From assembly GCF_004010195.1 (NCBI RefSeq), contig NC_057751.1, positions 19,244,300 to 19,308,299 of the forward strand: 64,000 bases of DNA. Reading direction: 5' to 3'. The notes under the pieces are model-generated. The model saw only the letters and a list, made by a program, of their open reading frames with translations, had not been told where the DNA came from and made no database searches. A program made the position numbers and the translations under genes. Positions 1 through 10,500 of this stretch are shown here, piece after piece (positions within the stretch are counted from its first letter, which is position 1; every line of letters begins with the position of its first letter). This stretch comes from Chiloscyllium plagiosum (taxonomy: Eukaryota).

Positions 1-573
1 ATTTTGTTTCCTAGTTGTGGGGTCGGGTCTAGCGCCACCTGTTGGTAGGTGTTGGTGTCTGCGAGTAGTACATTGGCTTTCTCTATGTAGTCCCTTCTGT
101 TCAGGATGACTGTGAGCCAACCTTTGTCTGCAGGTAATATAACGATGTTTTTGTCTTTTTTGAGGTTTTCTAAGGCTTTCTTTTCTTGTGTGTTCAGTTT
201 GTTTTCTTCCCTTTTTCGGCTCAGAGTAGGTGCAACTGTCTGTCTGATCGTTTGTTGTGTTTCTTCCATGAGATTGTTGTCCTTCAATGTGGTTTCTAAT
301 GCCGCTAGGAAATCCTTTTTGTCAGCATCTCGGTAATTGAAATTTAATCCTTTGACTAGTACCGCTTCTTCTGTGTCTGATAGGGTCCGGCCTGATAAGT
401 TCTTTATCCATGCCCCTGTGTTATCGGTTTTGTCTTTTTTTGTGAGTTTGTCCAGTTTTTTCTTCAGGTCCCGATTTTTCTTTATCTGTGTTTGTCGTTG
501 TTTGGTGTTTATGGCTCGTTCTACTGAGCCTACACCCTAAACCTCAACCTGAGCTACAAACCTTCACAAACCT
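1..573 (-). mobile_element. Penelope-like retroelement fragment (N-terminal part of RT ORF, running off window start) with inverted terminal piece
   Basis: Minus strand reads open: ...WIKNLSGRTLSDTEEAVLVKGLNFNY...ALENLKKDKNIVILPADKGWLTVILNRRDYIEKANVLLAD. The KGLNF and ADKG motifs are typical of Penelope ORFs. The + strand tail ACCTGAGCTACAAACCTTCACAAACCTT (549-573) resembles the tails of the Penelope copies at 38986-39020 and 61645-61679. Confidence 0.85.
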
Positions 574-690
574 TTTGCCCGGAACGCCGATTTTTTTTTT
601 TTTTCCCTGCTCCTCGGATGCTGTCTGACCTGCTGTGCTTTTCCAGCACCATTGTAATCTAGACTCTGATTTCCAGCATCTGCAGTCCTT
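574..690 (+). mobile_element. Short terminal fragment of a second Penelope-like family
   Basis: CCTGCTCCTCGGATGCTG..TGACCTGCTGTGCTTTTCCAGCA..ACTCTGATTTCCAGCATCTGCAGTCC recurs at 14947-15035 and 35672-35755, and at the ends of the RT-bearing copy at 56235-57507. Confidence 0.7.
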
Positions 691-719
691 GTTTTTACTT
701 GGGTATATGAATAGGAAGG

Positions 720-2239
720 TGTCAAAGTTCATATTTGACACGGCCCAGGGAATCCCTCGTGGACTCAGACCTGTAAGCCTCTCTTGGTTCGTCCCGGAGA
801 TCGGACTGTTTGGTCGTCTGGAATAAAAATCTCTTTTGTTTAATTTTAGTCTTTCCCTTTATTTACCAATAGCATCACTGTTACAACATAACACTGATAC
901 GTATAGGCTAAGCTAACTAGGTTCTAATAACCTAGGAGAGTAAGGCACCAGGTCTTCAAGAGCCCTCGCAGGCTACTCTCTCCTGTCACAAACAGGCTAC
1001 CTCTACACAAAAAGTTTACAAAAACACTGCATGATCTTAATTAGGCAGACAACATTGGAAAGGCAGTCATTCATAAGAAAGAGAAGTTTATTGACCGGTC
1101 TGTGTGTGCTTAGCTGATCACTCCTATAGGGCCTTAGCCATCTATCAGGTGGTAGAAACAAATTCAGTTGAGTCAGGTGTCTGTTGGCGAGGTAAGTCCC
1201 TATCGTAAAGAAGTACTAGTCTGAACTAATTGGGAGAGGTCATAAGGTAACCTTGCACAGCTTGTATGTCTGAGATTGTTGTCTTACAAAATGGCTTCTT
1301 AGCAAGGATGGCAAACTTTGACCATAAAATGGCTTCCTGACAGATTTTGTCAGAATCTCTTCAATGTTAGGTTTAGAATAATTTTTAAGCTAGGAGCAGA
1401 CTCCTGCTTTTTATCTTAAGCACAGAATCATTCTGTATCTGAGGCTGAAATGTTACCATAAGGTTGTATTTTCAATGATTCATTAGTCTTGAATGAAACA
1501 TGCTTTCATTTCAGGGTTGTGATTCAAATAAGACATAACATCTGACTAGTTAGAATTGACAGTGGTGCAGTCATGGTCTGTAAGAACAGCAAGTAAGTTA
1601 AAGCTTCATCAATATTACCTTTTACAGAGTTTACATTTCATAATCAGCGGTGGCTACTCAAAATCATCATAAAGTCCCAAAATGCAATTGAATTCAATCC
1701 ATAGCAAGTAAGCACAAAGAGTTAATTTTCTACTGGCTTCGGCAATCTCAGCACTAAAATGGTCTGTCACTCTCGCACTCTCCCTTTTGAACTCTCAAGT
1801 CAGGGACTTGGAACAGAAAAGATGTTTTTCCCTCTGTCCCTGCCTAGCTTGCAAGGGTAATAAGAATCCATTATAATAGTACCTGACCATTAATTACAAG
1901 GCTTTTGATGATACAGAGTTTCGTTTTGAGGTCAGAATCAAACACTGTCATTAATTTCACAAGGGAGTAGCCGTGAGTGTTATCACTTGGTGTCCCATTT
2001 ACACAAATTCACTGATGTGAAGGCAAATGTTCTTAATTGCCTTAGAGCATGCCGTTATCACTTGATGAGAACAGATGTTTTTATCTTCTGCATAACATGG
2101 GTTCCCCTTTTTTGTGGCCTGAGCTGCCCTGCCTGTCAGCTTATTTTCTTGTGTGCAGTAAATGTGTTCTATAATTCAACATTACATTACATTTAGTCTG
2201 AATGTTTAAGGACAAGTTTTAAGGCGATAGACGTTCTCA
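720..2239. mobile_element. Probable solo LTR (~1.5 kb) inserted into a CR1 3' tail
   Basis: Starts TG (720) and ends CA (2239), flanked by AAGG / AAAG. It splits the CR1 tail GGGTATATGAATAGGAAGG | ATTTAGAGGGATATGGG, which is contiguous in the copy at 12825-12860 (minus strand). Confidence 0.65.
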
Positions 2240-2472
2240 AAAGATTTAGAGGGATATGGGTCAAGTGCTGGCTAATGGGACTAGATTCATTTAGGATATC
2301 TGGTCGGCGTGGAGGAGTTAGACTGAAGGATCCATTTCTGTGCTTTACATCTCTATGATTCTATGTTGTCCTTCATAATTAAAGGATTTGAATACAGGAA
2401 TAGGGATGTCTTGCTGCAATCATACAAGAGTTTGGTGGACCAAACTTGGAGAATAGTGTGCAGTTTTGGTCT
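2240..2472 (+). mobile_element. CR1 LINE fragments (3' tail plus ORF2 C-terminal piece)
   Basis: The tail matches other CR1 3' ends in the window. 2363-2472 encodes LSFIIKGFEYRNRDVLLQSYKSLV, a CR1 ORF2 C-terminal motif. Confidence 0.75.
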
Positions 2473-2476
2473 CTTT

Positions 2477-2780
2477 ATAGAACTCATACTGTGCAGAAAA
2501 TGGCCAGTCGGCCCATCAAGTCTGCATCATCCCACTCAGGCCCACCCACCAACACCCTAACCCCATAACCTGCATTTCCCATTGACTAATCCACCTAACC
2601 TGCACATCCCTGGGCACTACGGGGACAATTTAGCACGGCCAATACAGGACTAATCCACCTAACCTACACATCCCTGGGCACTATGGGACAATTTAGCACG
2701 GCCAATTCCACCCTAATCTGCACATCCCTGGGCACTATGGGACAATTTAGCACGGCCAATCCCACCCTAACCTGCACATC
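2477..2780 (-). mobile_element. HE1/V-SINE 3' fragment with internal tandem duplication of a ~52-65 bp unit
   Basis: The unit CTAACCTGCACATCCCTGGGCACTATGGGACAATTTAGCACGGCCAAT occurs three times plus a partial copy. The same motif is in the SINE at 58476-58793. Confidence 0.7.
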
Positions 2781-2931
2781 ACTCACACTCACACTCACAC
2801 TCACACTCACACTCACACTCACACTCACACTCACACTCACACTCACACTCACACTCACACTCACACTCACACTCACACTCACACTCACACTCACACTCAC
2901 ACTCACACTCACACTCACACTCACACTCACA
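2780..2931. repeat. (CACACT)n hexamer microsatellite
   Basis: Perfect run of ~25 units; it produces the spurious VSVS/LTLT ORFs. Confidence 0.98.
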
Positions 2932-3102
2932 CCTTTCAAGAGCACTCCACCGTTACACGACTGCCGGACTCGCTCTGTTCACAGGTTCAGATAACGGCCG
3001 GCAGTGAAGTCCCTTGCGGGGCACTGGGAGACTTTTACACGAGAGGTAAAAGAGTAAAGATACTCACCCAGTGCCGTCGCAGGGATCCAGCAGCCATCAT
3101 TA

Positions 3103-3120
3103 ACCAGGACGAAGCCCCCA
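3103..3120 (-). promoter_or_regulatory. Primer binding site, tRNA-Pro-like
   Basis: Minus strand TGGGGGCTTCGTCC begins 2 nt after the LTR-terminal CA. Canonical PBS-Pro is TGGGGGCTCGTCCGGGAT, so there is one extra T and a diverged 3' end. A G|GTGAGT splice donor follows at ~3062-3068. Confidence 0.75.
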
Positions 3121-3122
3121 AT

Positions 3123-3847
3123 TGTTAGCGCGGATGAAATGATATCAGTCCAAGCCCAGAGTGCGGTTCAACAATCAGTAACGTTTATTGTTACAGTAGC
3201 GCCGGCGGAGACCAACCGAGGTCCGAATCTCGGCTGCTCTGCTGTTCCTGCGCGCTGCTACATATTATTTACCTTTAGTTGCCAGGATGTGTGGAATTTG
3301 AGGATGAATGGGATGATAGTTCCCCATCATCACTGGAGTAGGTGCAAATATGTTTCCTACCATCCCAGGAGAGTTGCAGGGCACGCACAATATGGTGCTA
3401 ATTGGTTTATGTAAAACGGGTCCGGGTATTATCTGCTTGTCTCTCTCTGTGAGGGCAGGGGCTAGCACCCCCCTTTGTTCCCTTGGGGTGTTGGTGTGTA
3501 TTGGTCTGTCCGTTCCTGTCTGGTGGATGCCTGTCCTTTGTGTCAGGTTGGTTCCGTATCGATGGGTATGGGTGTGTTTCAGTCAGTCTCTTGATGTGAT
3601 TAGGAAATGGGTTTCCATATTAATTAATTCCTGAGTTTTGGTCTGAGTCATGGGTAGTGTTGGTCTAGTGTGGATTTGATGTGTCCTCTGTCTCCCATCT
3701 CCCGGTCACGTGGGCGGACCGACAGCTGCTGAGCTCTGTGGGTTTAAAGCTGCGACTGCTGTTTAAAACACAAAATGAATTCTTATAGTTTCCTGATGTA
3801 GGCATAGTCCCGTGGCAAAAGCATGGCGGCTCTGATGCCCGCTTGCA
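3123..3847 (-). repeat. ERV LTR (725 bp, TG...CA), env-proximal copy
   Basis: Minus strand starts TGCAAGCG at 3847 right after the polypurine tract AAAGGGGGGAC (3848-3858). AATAAA is at 3184-3189 (minus). It ends ...GCTAACA at 3123. Confidence 0.88.
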
Positions 3848-4028
3848 GTCCCCCCTTTCGGCAAGGGGTTGGACAGGTCCACGCCCCCGATGCCGATATT
3901 TTAAAAGTCGGTTCCTCGCCCGGGTACATTCCGCCGGCCGTCATGCTGCAGTCATGGGGCCTTTGGATAGTCCCGGGAGATGGTCACATTAACTCGAGCC
4001 CTGTGAGCTCACGGTGCCTGATTGCCCG

Positions 4029-6357
4029 CTAGGAGTCGATGGCGTGGAGCATGGTCTTCCTGGCCTTTTGTTTCTTGTGCTGGCGGCATGAATGACACGC
4101 CAGCAGGAGCCAGGCCAGAGCCAGCAGTAACTGTATGCCTACAACGGTGTGCGAGATGATTCGGATCCAGGGATGTATGTTTACGTTCAGGCCCCAATCC
4201 CACACCCTCTGCGCCCACCCCTGGGACTGCAGAGCTGTGTCTGTGTCCTCCTCTAGGTCCTTTACATGCAACTGCAACTGGTGATACAGTTTCACTGAGT
4301 GTCCTACGCGGGTCCTAAGCTCCCGTAAGACCTCAGCCAAATGTGGGATGGGGGCTTGTTCGGGCTCCTGAAATTCAGGGACACCCTCAGGGAATATATC
4401 AGCAGTTTGTCTGGACTCGGGGTTCCGTCGTCGGACCTCTGAGATGTGAACTTGCCCGACCGTGACTGGGCGCCTGGGGGCGAAGCAGAACTCGTGCTGG
4501 GGAATCGGGCACTGCAGTCCATTATACCAAAATGAGGTTTCAAGAGTGGAGACACAATATCGTCCCTCCCCCCAGCATACCCCGCCCTAGTGAAGTGGGG
4601 GCCCNNNNNNNNNNNNNNNNNNNNNNNNNNNNNNNNNNNNNNNNNNNNNNNNNNNNNNNNNNNNNNNNNNNNNNNNNNNNNNNNNNNNNNNNNNNNNNNN
4701 NNNNNNNNNNNNNNNNNNNNNNNNNNNNNNNNNNNNNNNNNNNNNNNNNNNNNNNNNNNNNNNNNNNNNNNNNNNNNNNNNNNNNNNNNNNNNNNNNNNN
4801 NNNNNNNNNNNNNNNNNNNNNNNNNNNNNNNNNNNNNNNNNNNNNNNNNNNNNNNNNNNNNNNNNNNNNNNNNNNNNNNNNNNNNNNNNNNNNNNNNNNN
4901 NNNNNNNNNNNNNNNNNNNNNNNNNNNNNNNNNNNNNNNNNNNNNNNNNNNNNNNNNNNNNNNNNNNNNNNNNNNNNNNNNNNNNNNNNNNNNNNNNNNN
5001 NNNNNNNNNNNNNNNNNNNNNNNNNNNNNNNNNNNNNNNNNNNNNNNNNNNNNNNNNNNNNNNNNNNNNNNNNNNNNNNNNNNNNNNNNNNNNNNNNNNN
5101 NNNNNNNNNNNNNNNNNNNNNNNNNNNNNNNNNNNNNNNNNNNNNNNNNNNNNNNNNNNNNNNNNNNNNNNNNNNNNNNNNNNNNNNNNNNNNNNNNNNN
5201 NNNNNNNNNNNNNNNNNNNNNNNNNNNNNNNNNNNNNNNNNNNNNNNNNNNNNNNNNNNNNNNNNNNNNNNNNNNNNNNNNNGCGATTGAGGCCAGTTTG
5301 GCACTGTCGATCCAGTCGGGCAACTCCCCCCTTTGGACCTGGTCAAGATTATGCTGGATCTGGGCTACCATCCACAGGCCATACGCATGGCCCGGTTTAT
5401 AAGGCGGTTAATGGTGTGGGCGTGTGTCTCCAGGACTGCAATGCCGTCGAGCTGGGTGTGTGCTCCCTCTTCCCCCAGGCGTGCCTGGTCTGCCTGATTT
5501 GTGAGAGACCTCTGTAGCAGGTCCCTCATTACCCCTTTTAGTTGCTCGACCTTTTCGTTAAGGCCCTGGATGTCTAGGGAGTTTACTACGGATGTCCCCG
5601 TGTTGAGTCCTGTGAGAGCATCATTGACTATGTCCCGTCTGTGTCGTTGTGTGTGTGTTATGTCTGTCGGTCCGGTAGTGGGTTGCCCCCAATGCCGTCT
5701 ATGGCCCCCTCTATAATCTCCTTCCCCATCATGGTGTATAGGTTGCGTACCTGTGCTGTGCAATAGTCCAGTACCCGGATGCCCGATATATTGACCAGCA
5801 CAGGTACGACCTCGTGTCGGACGTTGTCATAAAGGGCCTCTCCCTCATCCCACAATACCAGTCCCCCCGCGGGCACCGGTCCCAGAGAGGGGCACGGCAA
5901 TATCTCCGGAGTCGTGGTCGGGGCGGGTGCAAAGCACAAATGCAAAGAGACTACCGCGGCATCAGTAGGCTCGTAATATCCACAAACAGACAGATCCCGT
6001 ACAGTAAAGGCATCAAAGGCCGGGGCAGAGGAGAGGTCCTCTGGCATGGCACACATTGTCCCGAACATGCAACCCCCCCAAGTCCATCGCCTCAGTACGC
6101 CGGAGGCAGGTCGGCCGCGGGTCACGCTCCAACGTGCAGAATAAACAGAGTGTCTGTACGCCCGGGAGAACTTCCAGCCAGGCGATGTAGAACGCGTCGA
6201 TCAAATCGGGCTTGTCCCTTGCAGGAATACAGATGGCGTCGGACGCGTTGAAGACAACACCGTGGCGGTAGAAGTTGTCATATATTTCGGGGAAGGAAGG
6301 CACTAGTCGTAGGGCGAAGAGGAGAGCAGGGAGGAGAGCGGTGCACCGGTGAAGCAT
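4029..6357 (-). pseudogene. env: ERV envelope glycoprotein, frameshifted and partly in an N gap
   Basis: Signal peptide MLHRCTALLPALLFALRLVPS and a Cys-containing SU. Furin-type RHRR at 5635-5646 is followed by DIVNDALTGLNTGTSVVNSLDI and the heptad-like QGLNEKVEQLKGVMRDLLQ. Further downstream: MVAQIQHNLDQVQRGELPDW, the Trp-rich GWAQRVWDW, a TM helix IISHTVVGIQLLLALAWLLLAC and a basic tail. Several frame changes are visible. Confidence 0.85.
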
Positions 6358-6479
6358 GATCTGTGGGAAGAGAGGGAGAGAGGCACCCTTACCAAGGGTG
6401 TAGGGTTAGTGTGTGTAGGAGCAGGTCTCCCTGGAGCCGGTCCACCCGTTGCACTGTAAGGAGAAAGAGGGGCGGTTAG

Positions 6480-7125
6480 AGTCAAGTCAAGGGGGAGTGT
6501 CTGTCCAGTCGGGGCTTGAGTAGGGCTTAAGCTGGTACCAGTGTTTCCACCTGCCCTTTCCCTTTATGTCGACACAGGCGCATGTGTCGCTGGTGAGGAT
6601 TTCGTGCGGTCCCAGCCACCGGCGGGGGTGAAGCCGGGTCGGTCAGGGGCGGGCCTGACCAGGACTTTGTCCCCAACGCCGGGAAGGGGTTGGGTGGGCA
6701 GATGCGGCTGCAGTTTTGCCTGGTCCCTAATGTCCTGCTGGTCGCGCGCAGTTTGTCTAAGGGACCGCAGCTGCGCATCCAGCTGCCTGATATAGCGCGT
6801 CATCCTGTCCCTCAGGGGGGCCATGTCTTCCCCCCCGACCATGACGTTCTCTGGTAGTCGCATGGCCCTCCCCGTCATGAGCTCGAAGGGAGCGGCCTGG
6901 GGTGGCCCTTGAGCGCATCAGTATGCAGGGCAGAACATCCACCCAGCCCTGCCCTGTTTCGGCGATCGCCTTCGCGATCGCAGCTTTGAGGGTCCGGTTC
7001 ATGCACTCGACCATCCCGGAGCTCTGGGGATGGAATGGGACGTGGAAGCGCTGTCTGATGCCTAGAAGGAGGCAGGCCAGTTTCATTGCGCGTCCGGTGA
7101 AGTGCGTGCCCTGGTCTGAGTCTAA
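6480..7125 (-). pseudogene. pol: Retroviral integrase, C-terminal two thirds (frameshifted)
   Basis: DSDQGTHFTG...FHVPFHPQSSGMVECMNRTLK carries the second D and the E of DDE. Also WVDVLPCILM..RATP, PFELMTGRAM, GDKVLVR, GPHEI (GPY/F-like) and WKHWYQLKPY. Confidence 0.9.
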
Positions 7126-9822
7126 ACATTTTGAATTGACCTGCAGGGTCTAAGGCTTTTTACAAAGTGAAAGGTTAGGGTTTCTTCTACTCTTTGTGTG
7201 AAGAAGTGATTCCTGATATTATCCTTTTGCTGTCTGGCTTTAATTTTACACAGTCTTGCTCTTGATTCTCCTGCCAGAGGAAATCGTTTCTCTCTGTCTG
7301 CCCTTTCAACTCTTTTTAGTTATCTTAAACAATCCAATTAAATCACCCTTCATCACCTTCATTGATTAGACCCAAATACTCCATACAATGTGGAATTCAT
7401 GCTCAAATTCTAATTGTTCTGTCATATTTTTGCTAATAGTCTTCCTTTCCAGCAGCTTCCTGGACATTATCTCCCCAGCTCAAGTTAAGCAAATCTTGCA
7501 GCCTCATTTTAAATCCTTAAATTTGGCCTTTCCAACTTGAGCATGAGGTTCCATCTGCATTCCCGCAAGGTAAACATAGAAATTTGTTCTTGTTAACTTT
7601 GCTATTTGGCTTCCTCTTCGATTCTGGCAGATTAACTTGTGAACTTCTGGGATATCTTTTGGAAAGCCAATAACCCAGTCCTACAAATGGCTTTTTGTTG
7701 ACCCCTCCTCTGTCAAGGTCAATCTCCATTGCAGCATGAATCATATGAGTCTTCTTGTATCCAGCCAGATAGAAATGTTCATTCGCTAACCTTTTAGTTT
7801 CCAACTATTGGACTCCAGTAACTAATTTAAAGCAAAAAAAAAAATTATAGTCTGGCATTCTCAATACCTGAGACTTGGAGACTAACAGTCTATTCACTTT
7901 TAACACAATCTACCATTGTCTACAAGTGTGAATACCTTCCCACGAAAACAACCAAGGGACACCTTTAATCTTAACAATCCAGTTTGCTGTCTGTGAAACT
8001 CAAATCTGCCTCTGTTACCCTAATTTACTGACAGCCCCAAAATGTAACCATCTTGTAAAAATAATTGTTTGGTAGTACTGAACTTAAAACATGTCTAAAA
8101 AGAGAAATGAGGTTGAAGCTTTTTGGCTTGCACTCATCAGGATTGAAATGAAGCATAGCCTTTAAGTTTCTTATTCTTATCGGCGATAAAACGGGTAAGG
8201 GAACCCTCTGGCCCCCAATCTAGGTCTTCGGCCGTGCTCCCACCCATGGTAGGGGCACAGCGGGTGTAACTTAACAGAAGCTAATTTAAAGTAAAGCTAG
8301 CAGGCGTGCTAAGAGATGCTGGCACTGGCTTATTCATCTCCCAGTCGGGGAGCCCACTCCGTGTAAGTCGAACCCTAGCCCCGCGGGTCAACCTGGGTAG
8401 GGGGTGGGGGGATAGTTACAGATGGGGCACGTGTCGATTCCTGAGCACGCAACCCGAGTTTCCATGAGTGTCTCTCTCTCACCGCCTGACATTCAGCGGC
8501 TGTGTGTACCCCACAAACACTGGGCGTGAACCAGGGGCCTGAGTGCAAGGGGGGGGTGGCGTGAAGTCAGACCTAACTGCGCCTGATCCTACAGAGGCCA
8601 ATACCTCGGGACTGCGAGGTCAATGGGCAGAGCGTATAACTGCCGGTTGGCCCAAAGGCCCCGCGTCTCGGGCTGGTTTGGAGGACTTCCCTTCTTGTAG
8701 CGCGCGCGCGCGTGTAGACCTCCCAGCCTCTACTGCGTACGCAAGGAAGGCGCTAAAACCGGGCTCCACGTACAATGGGGTCCCCTAACCTCCACTGCAG
8801 AGGTCAACCAGGAAGGCTTGTTTGGTCGGTTTTTATACGGGGAGGTCAATCTGTCGGGGTCTCGTACCTAAAGTCGTTGGTCCAAGGATAGTCCGTCAGT
8901 CACAGTAGCACATTGACAATAAACGACAATAATAATAATCAAGCACACTTTTTTACTNNNNNNNNNNNNNNNNNNNNNNNNNNNNNNNNNNNNNNNNNNN
9001 NNNNNNNNNNNNNNNNNNNNNNNNNNNNNNNNNNNNNNNNNNNNNNNNNNNNNNNNNNNNNNNNNNNNNNNNNNNNNNNNNNNNNNNNNNNNNNNNNNNN
9101 NNNNNNNNNNNNNNNNNNNNNNNNNNNNNNNNNNNNNNNNNNNNNNNNNNNNNNNNNNNNNNNNNNNNNNNNNNNNNNNNNNNNNNNNNNNNNNNNNNNN
9201 NNNNNNNNNNNNNNNNNNNNNNNNNNNNNNNNNNNNNNNNNNNNNNNNNNNNNNNNNNNNNNNNNNNNNNNNNNNNNNNNNNNNNNNNNNNNNNNNNNNN
9301 NNNNNNNNNNNNNNNNNNNNNNNNNNNNNNNNNNNNNNNNNNNNNNNNNNNNNNNNNNNNNNNNNNNNNNNNNNNNNNNNNNNNNNNNNNNNNNNNNNNN
9401 NNNNNNNNNNNNNNNNNNNNNNNNNNNNNNNNNNNNNNNNNNNNNNNNNNNNNNNNNNNNNNNNNNNNNNNNNNNNNNNNNNNNNNNNNNNNNNNNNNNN
9501 NNNNNNNNNNNNNNNNNNNNNNNNNNNNNNNNNNNNNNNNNNNNNNNNNNNNNNNNNNNNNNNNNNNNNNNNNNNNNNNNNNNNNNNNNNNNNNNNNNNN
9601 NNNNNNNNNNNNNNNNNNNNNNNNNNNNNNNNNNNNNNNNNNNNNNNNNNNNNNNNNNNNNNNNNNNNNNNNNNNNNNNNNNNNNNNNNNNNNNNNNNNN
9701 NNNNNNNNNNNNNNNNNNNNNNNNNNNNNNNNNNNNNNNNNNNNNNNNNNNNNNNNNNNNNNNNNNNNNNNNNNNNNNNNNNNNNNNNNNNNNNNNNNNN
9801 NNNNNNNNNNNNNNNNNNNNNN

Positions 9823-10322
9823 ATGTTTCCTGCCATCCCAGGAGAGTTGCAGGGCACGCACAATAGGGTGCTAATTGGTTTATGTAAAACGGGTCCGGGT
9901 ATTATCTGCTTGTCTCTCTCTGTGAGGGCAGGGGCTAGCACCCCCCTTTGTTCCCTTGGGGTGTTGGTGTGTATTGGTCTGTCCGTTCCTGTCTGGTGGA
10001 TGCCTGTCCTTTGTGTCAGGTTGGTTCCGTATCGATGGGTATGGGTGTGTTTCAGTCAGTCTCTTGATGTGATTAGGAAATGGGTTTCCATATTAATTAA
10101 TTCCTGAGTTTTGGACTATGAGTCATGGGTAGTGTTGGTCTAGTGTGGATTTGATGTGTCCTCTGTCTCCTATCTCCCAGTCACGTGGGCGGACCGACAG
10201 CTGCTGAGCTCTGTGGGTTTAAAGCTGCGACTGCTGTTTAAAACACAAAATGAATTCTTGTAGTTTCCTGATGTAGGCATAGTCCCGTGGCAAAAGCATG
10301 GCGGCTCTGATGCCCGCTTGCA
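9823..10322 (-). repeat. ERV 5' LTR (remainder in N gap)
   Basis: Matches 3349-3847 with about 6 substitutions and one 2-nt indel by eye. Identity stops at ...GCTTGCA(G). Confidence 0.92.
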
Positions 10323-10500
10323 GGGTCAAAACATTGAATCTTTTCAAGAAGCAGTTAGATATAATTCTTAGGGGCTAAAGGGATCCAAGAGGTTGGGACA
10401 AAAGCAGGAAAAGGATACTGAGTTTGATAATCAGCCATGATTGTGGTGGGGCAGTTTCAACGGATCAAATGGCCTACTCCTATTTTTTATGTTTCTATAG
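10323..10500 (+). mobile_element. CR1 3' tail flanking the ERV
   Basis: TTCAAGAAGCAGTTAGATATA..CTTAGGGGCTAAAGGGATC..TCAGCCATGAT..AAATGGCCTACTCC..TTCTAT is a CR1-type 3' end. Confidence 0.65.

Larger units (their letters stand above)
3123..10322 (-). mobile_element. Endogenous retrovirus (LTR - leader - [gag/pro/RT missing] - partial integrase - env - LTR)
   Basis: Direct repeats at 3349-3847 and 9823-10322, with a PPT, PBS, integrase motifs and an env-like ORF set between them. The retroviral part is GC-rich relative to the flanks. Confidence 0.9.

Noticed and set aside
1917..1927. ISRE-like AGTTTCGTTTT in the solo LTR, and GAS-like TTCCCTGAA at 14170
   Set aside because: Imperfect short motifs expected by chance in 64 kb, with no supporting context.
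2664..2994. VS/LT-repeat ORFs and adjacent ~52-bp direct repeats resembling an array
   Set aside because: These are translations of a (CACACT)n microsatellite and a tandem duplication inside a SINE. There are no unique spacers, so it is not CRISPR.
3265..3634. 67- and 94-aa ORFs duplicated at 9823-10107
   Set aside because: They lie inside the LTR and are duplicated only because the LTRs are near-identical. No recognisable motif, although a U3 accessory ORF cannot be fully excluded.
7517..7804. 95-aa minus-strand ORF inside the ERV as candidate gag or accessory gene
   Set aside because: Non-ATG start, AT-rich composition unlike the ERV, and no recognisable motif.
8700..8715. (CG)n alternating tract, possible Z-DNA
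   Set aside because: Short, inside ERV leader-like sequence, with no evidence of function.
4304..9941. Long ORFs of 250-357 aa in the ORF track
   Set aside because: They run through N gaps (4605-5282, 8958-9822). Only the flanking env pieces are real.
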